DNA of 20,000 nt from an uncultured virus (IMG/VR IMGVR_UViG_3300028888_000009) (taxonomy: Duplodnaviria; Heunggongvirae; Uroviricota; Caudoviricetes). The notes beneath the pieces were generated by a model, which was given only the letters and a program-made list of their open reading frames with translations, had not been told where the DNA came from and made no database searches. The stretch lies in IMG/VR virus record IMGVR_UViG_3300028888_000009; one strand, written 5' to 3'. Shown here in pieces: positions 1-7,786 of this stretch. The position numbers were made by a program, and so were the translations under genes. The first letter of the stretch is position 1. Every line of letters starts with the position of its first letter.

Positions 1-154
1 CTTCCTTCCAAGCACCCATCAGCGAGTCATACGCCTGGTCGTCAATCACCACCTGCTCGAACTCGCTCACCCCATCCTGACGGACAAAGGTGCGGCTTGC
101 GTTGGTACTCTCTGCGTACAGCAGGTTCTTCACTTCTTGTTTCGTAATTTCCAT
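1..154 (-). CDS. Hypothetical phage protein, 5' part (runs off the window edge)
   Basis: Manual translation from ATG at 154 gives MEITKQEVKNLLYAESTNASRTFVRQDGVSEFEQVVIDDQAYDSLMGAWKE, open to position 1. A-rich leader (TTAAAGAGAA-ATG). Same strand as the structural operon. Confidence 0.7.
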   Translation of the reverse strand, partial: MEITKQEVKNLLYAESTNASRTFVRQDGVSEFEQVVIDDQAYDSLMGAWKE

Positions 155-175
155 TTCTCTTTAATTTAAGGTAAC

Positions 176-212
176 ACCCAGCAAGTATGCTGCCGAAGCT
201 CGCCTGCTGGGT
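176..212 (-). other. Intergenic stem-loop (possible terminator or RNA processing/stability element)
   Basis: Inverted repeat ACCCAGCA (176-183) / TGCTGGGT (205-212). The minus-strand RNA has an internal GC-UUCG-GC loop but no strong U-tract after it. Confidence 0.5.
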
Positions 213-797
213 TTATTTTATAATATTCATTCTATAACTCACTCCTGCCCCTGCTAACCACTTGCCTTCGTGGTTGACCGCTCCGTAGGCAGAGAAAGTC
301 GTTTTCCTTGCGTTGTAGCGCATTTCCCAGACAAGGCAAGGATTTATACTCTTGTCTGTATAGAAAGCCGCTGCACCAAAATCTAAGGTCAATCTCGGCA
401 TTTTTGCAACCTCATAAGGCTGACGGATAATCTCGGTCGTGTGATGGGCATACACCCTCACGCTGTCAAGGGCAGGGTCTACTCCGCTGTACCACACCTC
501 CACCGTGTCGGTCACGCCATAGTACCGATGCTCGTAAGGCAAAGTGACAAACATCGTGTCGTTCCTCCACATCGTATCGTGTACGGCAACGGGGTAGAGT
601 CGGTTGACGAAACGAATCAACGTATCAACCCTTGGCTCTACCAGCGTCACCGTGTCTACTCTCTCAATGCGGATGGTGTCGGCAATAGGCGGTTGCATCT
701 TCTCGCCACGAATCTTCCAACCTGCCAAAAACGAGGCAAGCATCAAACCCATAGCAAGCAGCACAGCCAACAACAATATCTTAATCTTCTCCGTCAT
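213..797 (-). CDS. Putative spanin-like lysis accessory membrane protein
   Basis: Start moved to MTEKIK (ATG 797, ATGA overlap with the upstream small ORF). One N-terminal TM helix, repeated 'DT' beta-motifs (DTIRIERVDTVTL..RVDTL..HDTMWRNDTM) and a beta-rich C-terminus ending GVSYRMNIIK. Lies downstream of the holin and lysin. Confidence 0.55.
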   Translation of the reverse strand: MTEKIKILLLAVLLAMGLMLASFLAGWKIRGEKMQPPIADTIRIERVDTVTLVEPRVDTLIRFVNRLYPVAVHDTMWRNDTMFVTLPYEHRYYGVTDTVEVWYSGVDPALDSVRVYAHHTTEIIRQPYEVAKMPRLTLDFGAAAFYTDKSINPCLVWEMRYNARKTTFSAYGAVNHEGKWLAGAGVSYRMNIIK

Positions 798-934
798 CGC
801 ACATTCCTTGTAATGAACTCCATTATCCCTTGCACATCGGCACATACCTCTGCCTCGTCCTTGTAGTCCTTGGAACGCAAGGCAGGCACTTCCTCCTCGC
901 CGTCTCTACGGCATGTAATCGTAACGTGTGTCAT
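794..934 (-). CDS. Small hypothetical protein (46 aa), not in the ORF track
   Basis: MTHVTITCRRDGEEEVPALRSKDYKDEAEVCADVQGIMEFITRNVR*. Coupled at both ends: TAATG with the HNH stop at 934 and ATGA with the next start at 797. Confidence 0.65.
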   Translation of the reverse strand: MTHVTITCRRDGEEEVPALRSKDYKDEAEVCADVQGIMEFITRNVR

Positions 935-1791
935 TATTGCTTCCTCCTTCTCTTTATCTCACCTATAACCTTTCCAATCTCTTTCATTTCTTCGTGTGTA
1001 AAATACTTGTTTCTTGCCGCATTGCATTCAACACAACACGGAACAACATTATCCATCGTATGACCCTTGTTGTTGTCTATCCTGTCGCAACCAATCCTCT
1101 TGTCGTCTCCACAATAGACGCATTTTTGAGTCAGTATGTTGTCAATCATCCATTCAATAGTGATGTCGCATGTATTAACGCCAAGTTTCTTGTCTCTGCA
1201 TTTATAAGATGAAATCATCTTAGAAGCCTTTGCTCTAACATTTACACCAGCGTCCTTGTAGTCTTTTGCCTTCTTATCATCTCTCTTCTTCTTGACACCA
1301 TATACAACCTCCTCTGGTGTATATTCTCTAACCTTGCTATAATACCTGATGGACATTGCGTTCCTTGGTATTCCCGTTTTCAGACTCCATTGTGTCAGGT
1401 TGAGTGTTTCATCGCCTATTGTTATGTATACACCAGCCTTCATATCAGCTGCGACCTCTTTTGTAACCCAAGCGTAGTTGTCAATACTAAACGGCTTACT
1501 TATGTCAAGCCGCCTTAGCACAAGGCCTTTCTCGTAACTTCCTACAACATCATTGTAAAATGTTCTAAAGTTTTTCCACCTCTCATCAATTCCAGCCTTC
1601 TTCCCTTTCTTGGTAAACATTATAGCCCGCCAAGAATTAAATATATATGGGTTTTCTTTCTTTAGGTCGCCGATGTAATCTGGTCTGAGTTTGGCACTTT
1701 CACGAAGAGACTCAGACTTCTTCTTCCTCTGTTCAAGAGGAAGGTCTTCGTGTCCTTTCACAAACTGTCCCTTCTCGTTCCTTAGTGCCAT
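934..1791 (-). CDS. HNH-family (homing-type) endonuclease with two HNH-like domains
   Basis: C-terminal CVYCG...DRIDNNKGHTMDNVVPCCVECN is a Zn-binding HNH motif. A central degenerate copy reads WKNFRTFYND..GLVLRRLDISKPFSIDNYAWVT. N-terminal RNEKGQFVKGH is NUMOD-like. Lower GC than neighbours (23/60 in 1561-1620). Confidence 0.8.
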   Translation of the reverse strand: MALRNEKGQFVKGHEDLPLEQRKKKSESLRESAKLRPDYIGDLKKENPYIFNSWRAIMFTKKGKKAGIDERWKNFRTFYNDVVGSYEKGLVLRRLDISKPFSIDNYAWVTKEVAADMKAGVYITIGDETLNLTQWSLKTGIPRNAMSIRYYSKVREYTPEEVVYGVKKKRDDKKAKDYKDAGVNVRAKASKMISSYKCRDKKLGVNTCDITIEWMIDNILTQKCVYCGDDKRIGCDRIDNNKGHTMDNVVPCCVECNAARNKYFTHEEMKEIGKVIGEIKRRRKQ

Positions 1792-1793
1792 AA

Positions 1794-2255
1794 TCAGACA
1801 ATTTCAATGGTTATTTCTTCTCCTCTATCACGGGCTGCAATAAGCAAGTCCATCAACTTATAGAATGTGTTGGCAGAGTTTATTACCTTGCCCTTGACTT
1901 TGTTCTCTCCTACAATCACACATCCAAGCGTGGAGTCTTGGTCTGTGCCAACATGAATTAGAACACCGCTATAACACGGTACACCTATCAAGCGCGGAAC
2001 TACGCCGCCATACTTCTTCGCCCAGTAACGATACCTGAACTTTGAAGACACGGTGTTCATGTCAATCTTGTACTTGCCGCAAGGGATTGCCGTTTCGCCT
2101 GGCACCTTAATCCGATTGATCTTGTTCGATGGCATATCGGAGGACAAACCTCTGTCCTTGTCCTCGATGGTGTCGCACACATACTTCCCGTCAACATACA
2201 AGCTGCCGATGGTGTACTTCTCACCCTTGTATCTTCTCCTTAGTTTAAGTTCCAT
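1794..2255 (-). CDS. DUF5675-like protein, putative endolysin (YkuD/L,D-transpeptidase-like His-Cys motif)
   Basis: MELKLRRRYKGEKYTIGSLYVDG..CDTIED, ETAIPCGKY and VLIHVG..STLGCVIVG motifs are typical of this family in Bacteroidetes phage lysis cassettes. Downstream of the holin. Confidence 0.75.
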   Translation of the reverse strand: MELKLRRRYKGEKYTIGSLYVDGKYVCDTIEDKDRGLSSDMPSNKINRIKVPGETAIPCGKYKIDMNTVSSKFRYRYWAKKYGGVVPRLIGVPCYSGVLIHVGTDQDSTLGCVIVGENKVKGKVINSANTFYKLMDLLIAARDRGEEITIEIV

Positions 2256-2292
2256 AACTATTCGTAGTCTGGTTAGTCTTCGTTAACTATCT

Positions 2293-2568
2293 TCATAACG
2301 CAATCGGTATTGCGAGTAATGAACCGACCAAGCCACCGAACATCGTGGCTACAAAGTCGGCTACATTCGGAACTCCGTGCTTGACATCCCAAGCCTCCTT
2401 GATGCCACCGACAACGGCAGCGACAAGGAAAGCGAGAAATGCGCTCCACCACACCGTAGTGGCAAGGTCAAGCAAGGCGAAGGCTATCTGCGCCACGACC
2501 ATCCCTGCGATAAAGTGGAGGCACTTGTCTGCTTTGAGGCTATACAGCCAGTCAATTATCTTCTTCAT
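2293..2568 (-). CDS. Small multi-TM membrane protein (DKxxHF..KExxD..DxxAT..G type, VanZ/YfiM-like)
   Basis: Start MKKIIDWL at 2568 (ATGA overlap). Three hydrophobic helices with motifs DKCLHF, GIKEAWD and DFVATMFGG. Confidence 0.65.
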   Translation of the reverse strand: MKKIIDWLYSLKADKCLHFIAGMVVAQIAFALLDLATTVWWSAFLAFLVAAVVGGIKEAWDVKHGVPNVADFVATMFGGLVGSLLAIPIAL

Positions 2569-2897
2569 AGGCCGTACCATCCGAATATCCAACTAATCAA
2601 CATTGCGATGCCGACACCGATGGCGTTGCCGATGACGATAGGAAACCAATACCAAGGTGTCCACTTGTCGTGCTTGATGAGCGCACGGATGGCCTCAATG
2701 ATAGGAGGCAGGACAATGCCGCCGAGGAGCAAGACCATCAGCAGGTAATACATTGCGTCGCCTCTCCAACCGAGGGCGGCGAACAGCGTCACAAGGACGG
2801 CTGAGATTAGGATGCACCAAAGATGCACCACGTTGGCCTTGATGCTGTCACCAAGGCAGATGGAATGTTCATTGAGCCACTGTGCTAATTTCTTCAT
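2565..2897 (-). CDS. Small multi-TM membrane protein, hypothetical
   Basis: 110 aa with about three hydrophobic segments. Coupled to the next gene and located in the lysis region. Confidence 0.65.
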   Translation of the reverse strand: MKKLAQWLNEHSICLGDSIKANVVHLWCILISAVLVTLFAALGWRGDAMYYLLMVLLLGGIVLPPIIEAIRALIKHDKWTPWYWFPIVIGNAIGVGIAMLISWIFGWYGL

Positions 2898-2922
2898 GAT
2901 ATAATAGTTTTAATGGTTAAGT

Positions 2923-3417
2923 TTATTCTATTTCTTCTTCTATTTCTTCCTCCGCTTCTTCCTCTTTCGCTTCTATCGGTTCGGTAGGCTCAAGAACATC
3001 CTCAAAGTCGGGTCTACGGAAGATGCGAGCAATCAGCTTGATGATGTTGACTTTTTGCTTGATGCCCTTGTATTCTAAGTAGTTGTCGATGATGGACGAC
3101 AGCTCGATGATGCACACCACCGCCATGATGATGACCGACAGTAAGGGCAAGCCGAACACGCTGCCGAAGTTGATGCCAACAAGCGTTGCGATACTCAGCC
3201 AGCAGATATAGTCAACCAACTTGTTGAGACTTCTCCTCACGGCTCTTGACGGACGTATCTTCTCGCCTCGCTTTTTGGCTGCTGCGATACCGAATCTCAA
3301 ATCACCAAGGATTAGGATGACGGCCAGGATGAGAAACCACAGCATTTGCTGCCATCCTTCGATGAATGGCGACAGCACCGCCGCAGTGAAGCCTCCTATT
3401 ACATTTCTTTCGTTCAT
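2923..3417 (-). CDS. Phage holin (holin family 4-like)
   Basis: TM segments plus the signature 'GDLRFGIAAAKKRGEKIRPSRAVRRSLNKLVDY...IELSSIIDNY'. Acidic C-tail. AAGGAG precedes ATG 3417, and there is an alternative in-frame ATG at 3435. Confidence 0.8.
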   Translation of the reverse strand: MNERNVIGGFTAAVLSPFIEGWQQMLWFLILAVILILGDLRFGIAAAKKRGEKIRPSRAVRRSLNKLVDYICWLSIATLVGINFGSVFGLPLLSVIIMAVVCIIELSSIIDNYLEYKGIKQKVNIIKLIARIFRRPDFEDVLEPTEPIEAKEEEAEEEIEEEIE

Positions 3418-3435
3418 TGTCTTATCTCCTTTCAT

Positions 3436-3489
3436 TTACACCCAAAAGGCGGGGTTTCTCATCGTAGCGTTTTTTACAATTTCGGTCAT
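3436..3489 (-). pseudogene. 17-codon ORF, probable truncated gene remnant or leader peptide
   Basis: MTEIVKNATMRNPAFWV* follows a good A-rich leader (AAAAAGGAAACAAACC-ATG). Its stop abuts the upstream holin ATG at 3435. Confidence 0.35.
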
Positions 3490-3506
3490 GGTTTGTTTCC
3501 TTTTTT

Positions 3507-4163
3507 TTAATCTGCGACAGTTAATATTCCACCCCCTGCGGTGTTTCCGTAGAAGCGGTTGGTTTCTTCGCACCAAAGTCCCGCCTCGCCGTTATAGAGG
3601 CAAGGGCGAAGAGTGTAGATTGGTGTGTAGTTGTCGAAGTAATCGTAACTATTCGCGTTTTTTGCCGCATCGTCATAGATACGGATAGCCCCGCTTTTGC
3701 CCGTGTAAGGCGTCGCCGTCGATAGCGGGCGTCCGATGTTTAGCCCGCTTGTCGGTCGTACGCTGCCCTTCGTGTAGTTGACCGCAACAGTATTCCCGTA
3801 TCCAAATCCCAATGGCGTCATGAATAGACTATAGCGCTGGGTTGTAAAAGGAAGAGATGATGTAGACGACAGCGTGCTCGTTGAGTCATAGCGTGCGGAA
3901 AAGACCCTATGGTTGTTGTTTGTGGATGAGTTCATCCACAACGCGAAGACAAAGTTGCTTCCGTTATACGCGGAAAATATGGCCTGTTGGTGTCTTGCCT
4001 CGTTGCCAATGGTCACGCGAATTGAGAAGTCTTCAGGCAAGATGATGTCCGTCTCGATGTACGCGGTGCCGTCAAAAACGAGATATGTATGGAACTCGGG
4101 CGCACTTCCACTGCCTTGCGCCTGCATCATCCCGCGCCTCCTCAATAGCAATAAGTTACTCAT
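3507..4163 (-). CDS. Putative virion receptor/glycan-binding protein (LamG/concanavalin-like beta-sandwich)
   Basis: True start is probably MSNLLLLRRR (ATG 4163, ATGA overlap). Motifs YLVFDGTAYIETDI and LRPCLYNGEAGLW..TNRFYGN are typical of gut-phage beta-sandwich tail proteins. Confidence 0.55.
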   Translation of the reverse strand: MSNLLLLRRRGMMQAQGSGSAPEFHTYLVFDGTAYIETDIILPEDFSIRVTIGNEARHQQAIFSAYNGSNFVFALWMNSSTNNNHRVFSARYDSTSTLSSTSSLPFTTQRYSLFMTPLGFGYGNTVAVNYTKGSVRPTSGLNIGRPLSTATPYTGKSGAIRIYDDAAKNANSYDYFDNYTPIYTLRPCLYNGEAGLWCEETNRFYGNTAGGGILTVAD

Positions 4164-4729
4164 GGTCTCGCCTCCCATCCGCTTGGCAGGTCGGCAGGCG
4201 ACCACACGTTGTTGTCGATGAGGCTGACGTAGTGTACGCCCTCGAAGGTTACCTTGTCGCCGATGTTGTAGGCGTCTTGCGCCCCTTGCGGCTGCACCCA
4301 TTGCGGCCATTCCTCTATGCTCACCTCCACGAAGAGGCTCACGGCGGTGTCTGGCGTCCAATCTTCTTGAACGGTGTGCGCTTGGATGACCTTCCACAGC
4401 TTGCCGTCGTACCAGTAACGCTCGCCCACGTTGACGGATTGCCCCATCTTCGACACCCACGTCGGGAACAAGGCCGCGACGTTGAGCGCGTCCTCGTCGC
4501 TGAGGCTCTCGGTGCTGTTTGCCAGCATCCGCTTCACGGCTTCCATGACTTCGCCCATGTCGGGGTCGGTCTGCGGCTGCGGAGGGATTACGGGCGGCAC
4601 ATAGGGAAGCCACCCAGCGGCTGCTATCTGCTCCTCGCTGGGGTTGGAGATCCACACGCCCTCGTTGGTTTGGATGGTGCGGCAGTCCGAAAAGACCTGC
4701 CTGTCGCCTATCATTTTGTAGTACATCAT
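4160..4729 (-). CDS. Carbohydrate-binding (CBM5/12, chitin-binding type 3-like) domain protein
   Basis: Two aromatic repeats: VGERYWYDGKLWKVIQAHTVQEDWTP and YNIGDKVTFEGVHYVSLIDNNVWSP...W. High GC (41/60 in 4441-4500). Confidence 0.7.
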   Translation of the reverse strand: MMYYKMIGDRQVFSDCRTIQTNEGVWISNPSEEQIAAAGWLPYVPPVIPPQPQTDPDMGEVMEAVKRMLANSTESLSDEDALNVAALFPTWVSKMGQSVNVGERYWYDGKLWKVIQAHTVQEDWTPDTAVSLFVEVSIEEWPQWVQPQGAQDAYNIGDKVTFEGVHYVSLIDNNVWSPADLPSGWEARP

Positions 4730-4745
4730 ATCTCGGTCTCCTTTC

Positions 4746-6347
4746 TTAGTTTTCGATTATTGTGGCGAGGCCGTCCATGACGCTGACCTCGTATGACTTG
4801 CTTGCGTTGATTGTCGGTGCTGAGCCGCCAGCCCACGAAGTGATTGCGCTCGGCCATGTGATGGTTGGTGCGGTCGCTGGTGTCGTGAAAGTCCAGCAGT
4901 AGACGTGCGCCACCGTCAAATCGGTAGGCGTGTTCAAGGCTGGGAAGGTGGTGTCGCCGCTCAGCGTGCCGTACTGGTAGACCTTGTCGGCATCCATAGA
5001 TGCTGGGATGGTCGAGGCATCCACCACTGGAATTGGTGTTGCGAAGTCGCTTGCCTTCTTACCGCTGTCCGTGAGGTTGCCGTCGGAGTCAAGACCTGCG
5101 AGGTTGCCCGAGGTCGCTCCACCAACCTTGTCAGCCTTATTTTCAAGCAAATCATCAAAGGCTTGTCCGTTAGGACATAACGACACATATCTCCAATTTT
5201 GCGTATTTTCGTTCCACGAAAAAACAACGACATATCCGTCGACTTCGTAGTTGTTGAAGTTTACATACCTGCCGTTAGTTGTTGCGATGTAGAAATAGCG
5301 GTGGTCATCTCCGAATGTTGGTGAGTCTTGCGGTCTAACAATGCCTCCATAGAGGCATCCGTCTGCAAACATGGTCGAAAGAATGACATACATACCCCCG
5401 CTCTGTACGGGGTTTGTGCTGTTCTCGGTCGGTATCGCGTCTATCGTCAGCTCTGTCTGCAACCCGAGTTGCGCAGCAGTCTTGTTGCCACTCAGCGTGA
5501 CATTGTTGATTGACGGCTTGTTTGTAAGGTCATTATAGTTGGAAGTTCCACCTCCGCCTCCACTTTGGTTTACCCATTCAAGGTCATTGTCGGTATTGCT
5601 TTTCTTCGCAAGGACTTGCCCTGTCGTACCACCAGCAGGAACCATCTCCGCTTTCGTTGCGAGTTTGTTGGAAGAAGAAGCGTTGGAAGGTATCTTGTCT
5701 TCAATGGCCTTGCCTCTGTCACCAGGGAATGCCGTTGATGAGGTCTCGCCAAGAGCAAGGCTCTGCGAAATCTCAACGTAAGCACTGCCACTCCAACGAT
5801 AGGTCTTGTTGGTGTCAAGTGCCACATATATCTTACCGCTCTCCCCAGTGGCAGGGAACGAGGCGAGATTTGCATATTCCAGAACGTCGTCAACGTATGA
5901 AGGCAACTGCGACTGAGGAACCTTGCCCCCGCTATCGAGAGTTGCAACACCACCATTTGCACCTTTATCTGTGTCAGGAATAGCACCTACCTCACTTGCT
6001 GTATAGACTGGCTTTGTCTGAGCCTTAGCCCATGAAGGCACCGTTGGGTCGGTCTCGGTCTGCACGGCTGTATCTGCCTTACCCAAAGATGTTTGTACGG
6101 CAGACGCGAGGTCGGTCTTCGGGATGCCGCCAGACGGCTTGGAGTAAGCATTTGCAACCTTTGCTTTCTCAGTGTTGTTGTAGTCATTAGTTGAAAGGCC
6201 TTTACCAGAAACCTTATCCACCTTTCTATCCACCTCGTCAACGATGTTGTTGAGTACGGTGTTCATCTTCGCGCCAGTGATTTCACGTTGATGGTTGGTG
6301 CGTATGTTGTTTGCTATCCAAGTCTTTATGTCGGTGTACCAGCTCAT
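4746..6347 (-). CDS. Tail/whisker fibre-like structural protein (mosaic)
   Basis: Contains fibre modules KVDKVSGKGLSTNDY, ETDPTVPSWAK, NGGVATLDSGGKVPQSQLPSYVDDVLEY, GGTTGQVLAKKS, YNDLTNKPSINNVTLSGNKT and GNLAGLDSDGNLTDSGKK. N-terminal IRTN..EITG motif. Confidence 0.7.
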   Translation of the reverse strand: MSWYTDIKTWIANNIRTNHQREITGAKMNTVLNNIVDEVDRKVDKVSGKGLSTNDYNNTEKAKVANAYSKPSGGIPKTDLASAVQTSLGKADTAVQTETDPTVPSWAKAQTKPVYTASEVGAIPDTDKGANGGVATLDSGGKVPQSQLPSYVDDVLEYANLASFPATGESGKIYVALDTNKTYRWSGSAYVEISQSLALGETSSTAFPGDRGKAIEDKIPSNASSSNKLATKAEMVPAGGTTGQVLAKKSNTDNDLEWVNQSGGGGGTSNYNDLTNKPSINNVTLSGNKTAAQLGLQTELTIDAIPTENSTNPVQSGGMYVILSTMFADGCLYGGIVRPQDSPTFGDDHRYFYIATTNGRYVNFNNYEVDGYVVVFSWNENTQNWRYVSLCPNGQAFDDLLENKADKVGGATSGNLAGLDSDGNLTDSGKKASDFATPIPVVDASTIPASMDADKVYQYGTLSGDTTFPALNTPTDLTVAHVYCWTFTTPATAPTITWPSAITSWAGGSAPTINASKSYEVSVMDGLATIIEN

Positions 6348-6365
6348 TGTATCTTGTGTTTATGG

Positions 6366-6512
6366 TTAATCGAAATCGTCGTTAAAGTCGTCATTGAACT
6401 CGTATGTCAAGTATGGTGGAGGCAGAATGAATTGGAAACGCATCGTTCTTTCTGCGACCGTTACCTCTATGTTCCTAATAGAACCTACTATACCTATCTC
6501 CCACCTTTTCAT
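6366..6512 (-). CDS. Small protein (48 aa) ending in FNDDFNDDFD, not in the ORF track
   Basis: MKRWEIGIVGSIRNIEVTVAERTMRFQFILPPPYLTYEFNDDFNDDFD*. Fills the gap between two structural genes and starts 2 nt after the upstream stop. Confidence 0.7.
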   Translation of the reverse strand: MKRWEIGIVGSIRNIEVTVAERTMRFQFILPPPYLTYEFNDDFNDDFD

Positions 6513-6514
6513 TG

Positions 6515-6901
6515 TTATATCAGTTTGTTGTTTTCCCTATTGTCAAATGCCATTGAAAAGAGCTTGTCAGAATGGTCTACATTACTCGTGTCGTGTTTGT
6601 AGACGGTAATCTCAACAACCACCTTGCCAATCATCTTCATGCTCTCTTCGTGGTCGATAAGAATCTCGTAATGGTCGTCAACAAATGTCAACCTGCCATC
6701 AGAGATACTCCCTTTCGTTATCAGGTTTCTCTTGTAGTCGTAGAAGGCAACAAGCACATCGTAGCCTTCGTCGATGGGGATTACACCATCCTCATCCATA
6801 TACTTAAGCTGCAAAGGCACGGTGTCTCCAGTTTGGAAACCACCGATGTTCTCCATCCCATTGCAACTACCTCCACCATTGCATCCGCAATTACAACTCA
6901 T
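6515..6901 (-). CDS. Hypothetical structural protein (BppU N-terminal-like Ig fold) with Cys-rich N-terminus
   Basis: MSCNCGCNGGGSCNG leader, then a 'QTGDTVPLQLKYMDEDG...GKVVVEITVY' beta-pattern. ATGA overlap with the upstream gene. Confidence 0.5.
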   Translation of the reverse strand: MSCNCGCNGGGSCNGMENIGGFQTGDTVPLQLKYMDEDGVIPIDEGYDVLVAFYDYKRNLITKGSISDGRLTFVDDHYEILIDHEESMKMIGKVVVEITVYKHDTSNVDHSDKLFSMAFDNRENNKLI

Positions 6902-7299
6902 CTCTCATCCTTTCCGCAATGCTTGCACCCATGTTCGCAGATGTCCTCTGCCAACAGGAACGCCGCATCGCCCGATAGATAACCTACCGCTTCGTTATTG
7001 TCTAATCCGTAGTATTCGGCAATATGGTCTACCAAATGCCTTATCTCATGTATCATTGAGTTGATGAACTCCTCTACGCTCGTTGTCCATCCGATATAGA
7101 TGGTCGTGCGCCTGCCGTTTGAATAAGTGAAGGCTTGGTTGGGTCTGTTCTCCTCAATCAAGCCGTAAGCCTTATCCATGATGTAGTCATCCGCACCCAT
7201 CTCCAACAGGCAGTCGGATACCGCTCTCGCTCCTCCGTCGCCTTCGTCGATGAACACGTCAACGCGCCAGCCTCTGATATGGAGAGTCCTATGTGTCAT
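6898..7299 (-). CDS. Putative HEXXH zinc metallopeptidase-like protein
   Basis: Start at ATG 7299 (TGATG overlap). Contains HEIRH, a downstream NEAVGYL third-ligand-like motif, and a C-terminal CEHGCKHC. Confidence 0.6.
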   Translation of the reverse strand: MTHRTLHIRGWRVDVFIDEGDGGARAVSDCLLEMGADDYIMDKAYGLIEENRPNQAFTYSNGRRTTIYIGWTTSVEEFINSMIHEIRHLVDHIAEYYGLDNNEAVGYLSGDAAFLLAEDICEHGCKHCGKDER

Positions 7300-7715
7300 C
7301 AGAGCATATCCTCCCAAATAATCGGAATGTTCTTGCCCATGCAATCCATCATGAATCTATTGAACACCAACTCATCATATCCGTCTGGGTCGTCAAGCAA
7401 GTTCTTGACGTATCTTGCGACATGCGCCTCATCTGGAACAGAATCCTCATAGAAATCGGCCTTGCACATGTTGGCGACATACACCTTGTCATAGCCTTTG
7501 TCGTTCTCCAAGGTGACTCCGTATCTCGTCAGCATATCCTCCACTTGCTCCTTAGTCCAAGGCTCAATCTTCTTGTCGGTCTCGTCACGCATCATACCGA
7601 CAGCCCACTCGCACATCGTCTTCGAGAAGTGACCGCCATAGGTGGCCATATACTCGTTGAAGCCTTCCGGGTATCGCTGCGCCGATTTGATTTCTTTCAT
7701 CTGGTAATGGTTCAT
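7299..7715 (-). CDS. Conserved-looking hypothetical phage protein (YGxHFSK..CEWAV type)
   Basis: Start MNHYQM at 7715 follows AAGGAG. Motifs YMATYGGHFSKTMCEWAVGMM, YDKVYVANMCKADF and DDPDGY..FNRF..DC..IIWEDML. Confidence 0.7.
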   Translation of the reverse strand: MNHYQMKEIKSAQRYPEGFNEYMATYGGHFSKTMCEWAVGMMRDETDKKIEPWTKEQVEDMLTRYGVTLENDKGYDKVYVANMCKADFYEDSVPDEAHVARYVKNLLDDPDGYDELVFNRFMMDCMGKNIPIIWEDML

Positions 7716-7731
7716 CGTCCAACTCCTTTCC

Positions 7732-7777
7732 GTTGGTCGGGAGAGACAGGGCGACACCCCTACCTCTCCGTTCCAAC
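7732..7777 (-). other. Long intergenic hairpin directly upstream of an RBS
   Basis: Minus-strand RNA GUUGG-AAC-GGAGAGGUAGGG-GUGUCG-CCCUGUCUCUCC-CGA-CCAAC forms a 12-bp inner stem (2 G-U) plus a 5-bp outer stem. No U-tract. Confidence 0.6.
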
Positions 7778-7786
7778 ATCGTAGCA

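Noticed and set aside
850..1800. Group I intron around the HNH gene
   Set aside because: Both flanking genes appear intact, the spacers are 0-2 nt or filled by a coupled small ORF, and there is no room for an intron core.
4164..4655. Arg-rich N-terminal 164 aa of the 382-aa ORF 3507..4655
   Set aside because: It is an alternative frame of the high-GC CBM gene. The real start is the ATGA-coupled ATG at 4163, and no slippery site supports a fusion.
3507..6347. Diversity-generating retroelement target/template in the fibre genes
   Set aside because: No reverse transcriptase and no ~100-nt repeat pair differing at adenines was seen in this window. A DGR elsewhere in the genome cannot be excluded.
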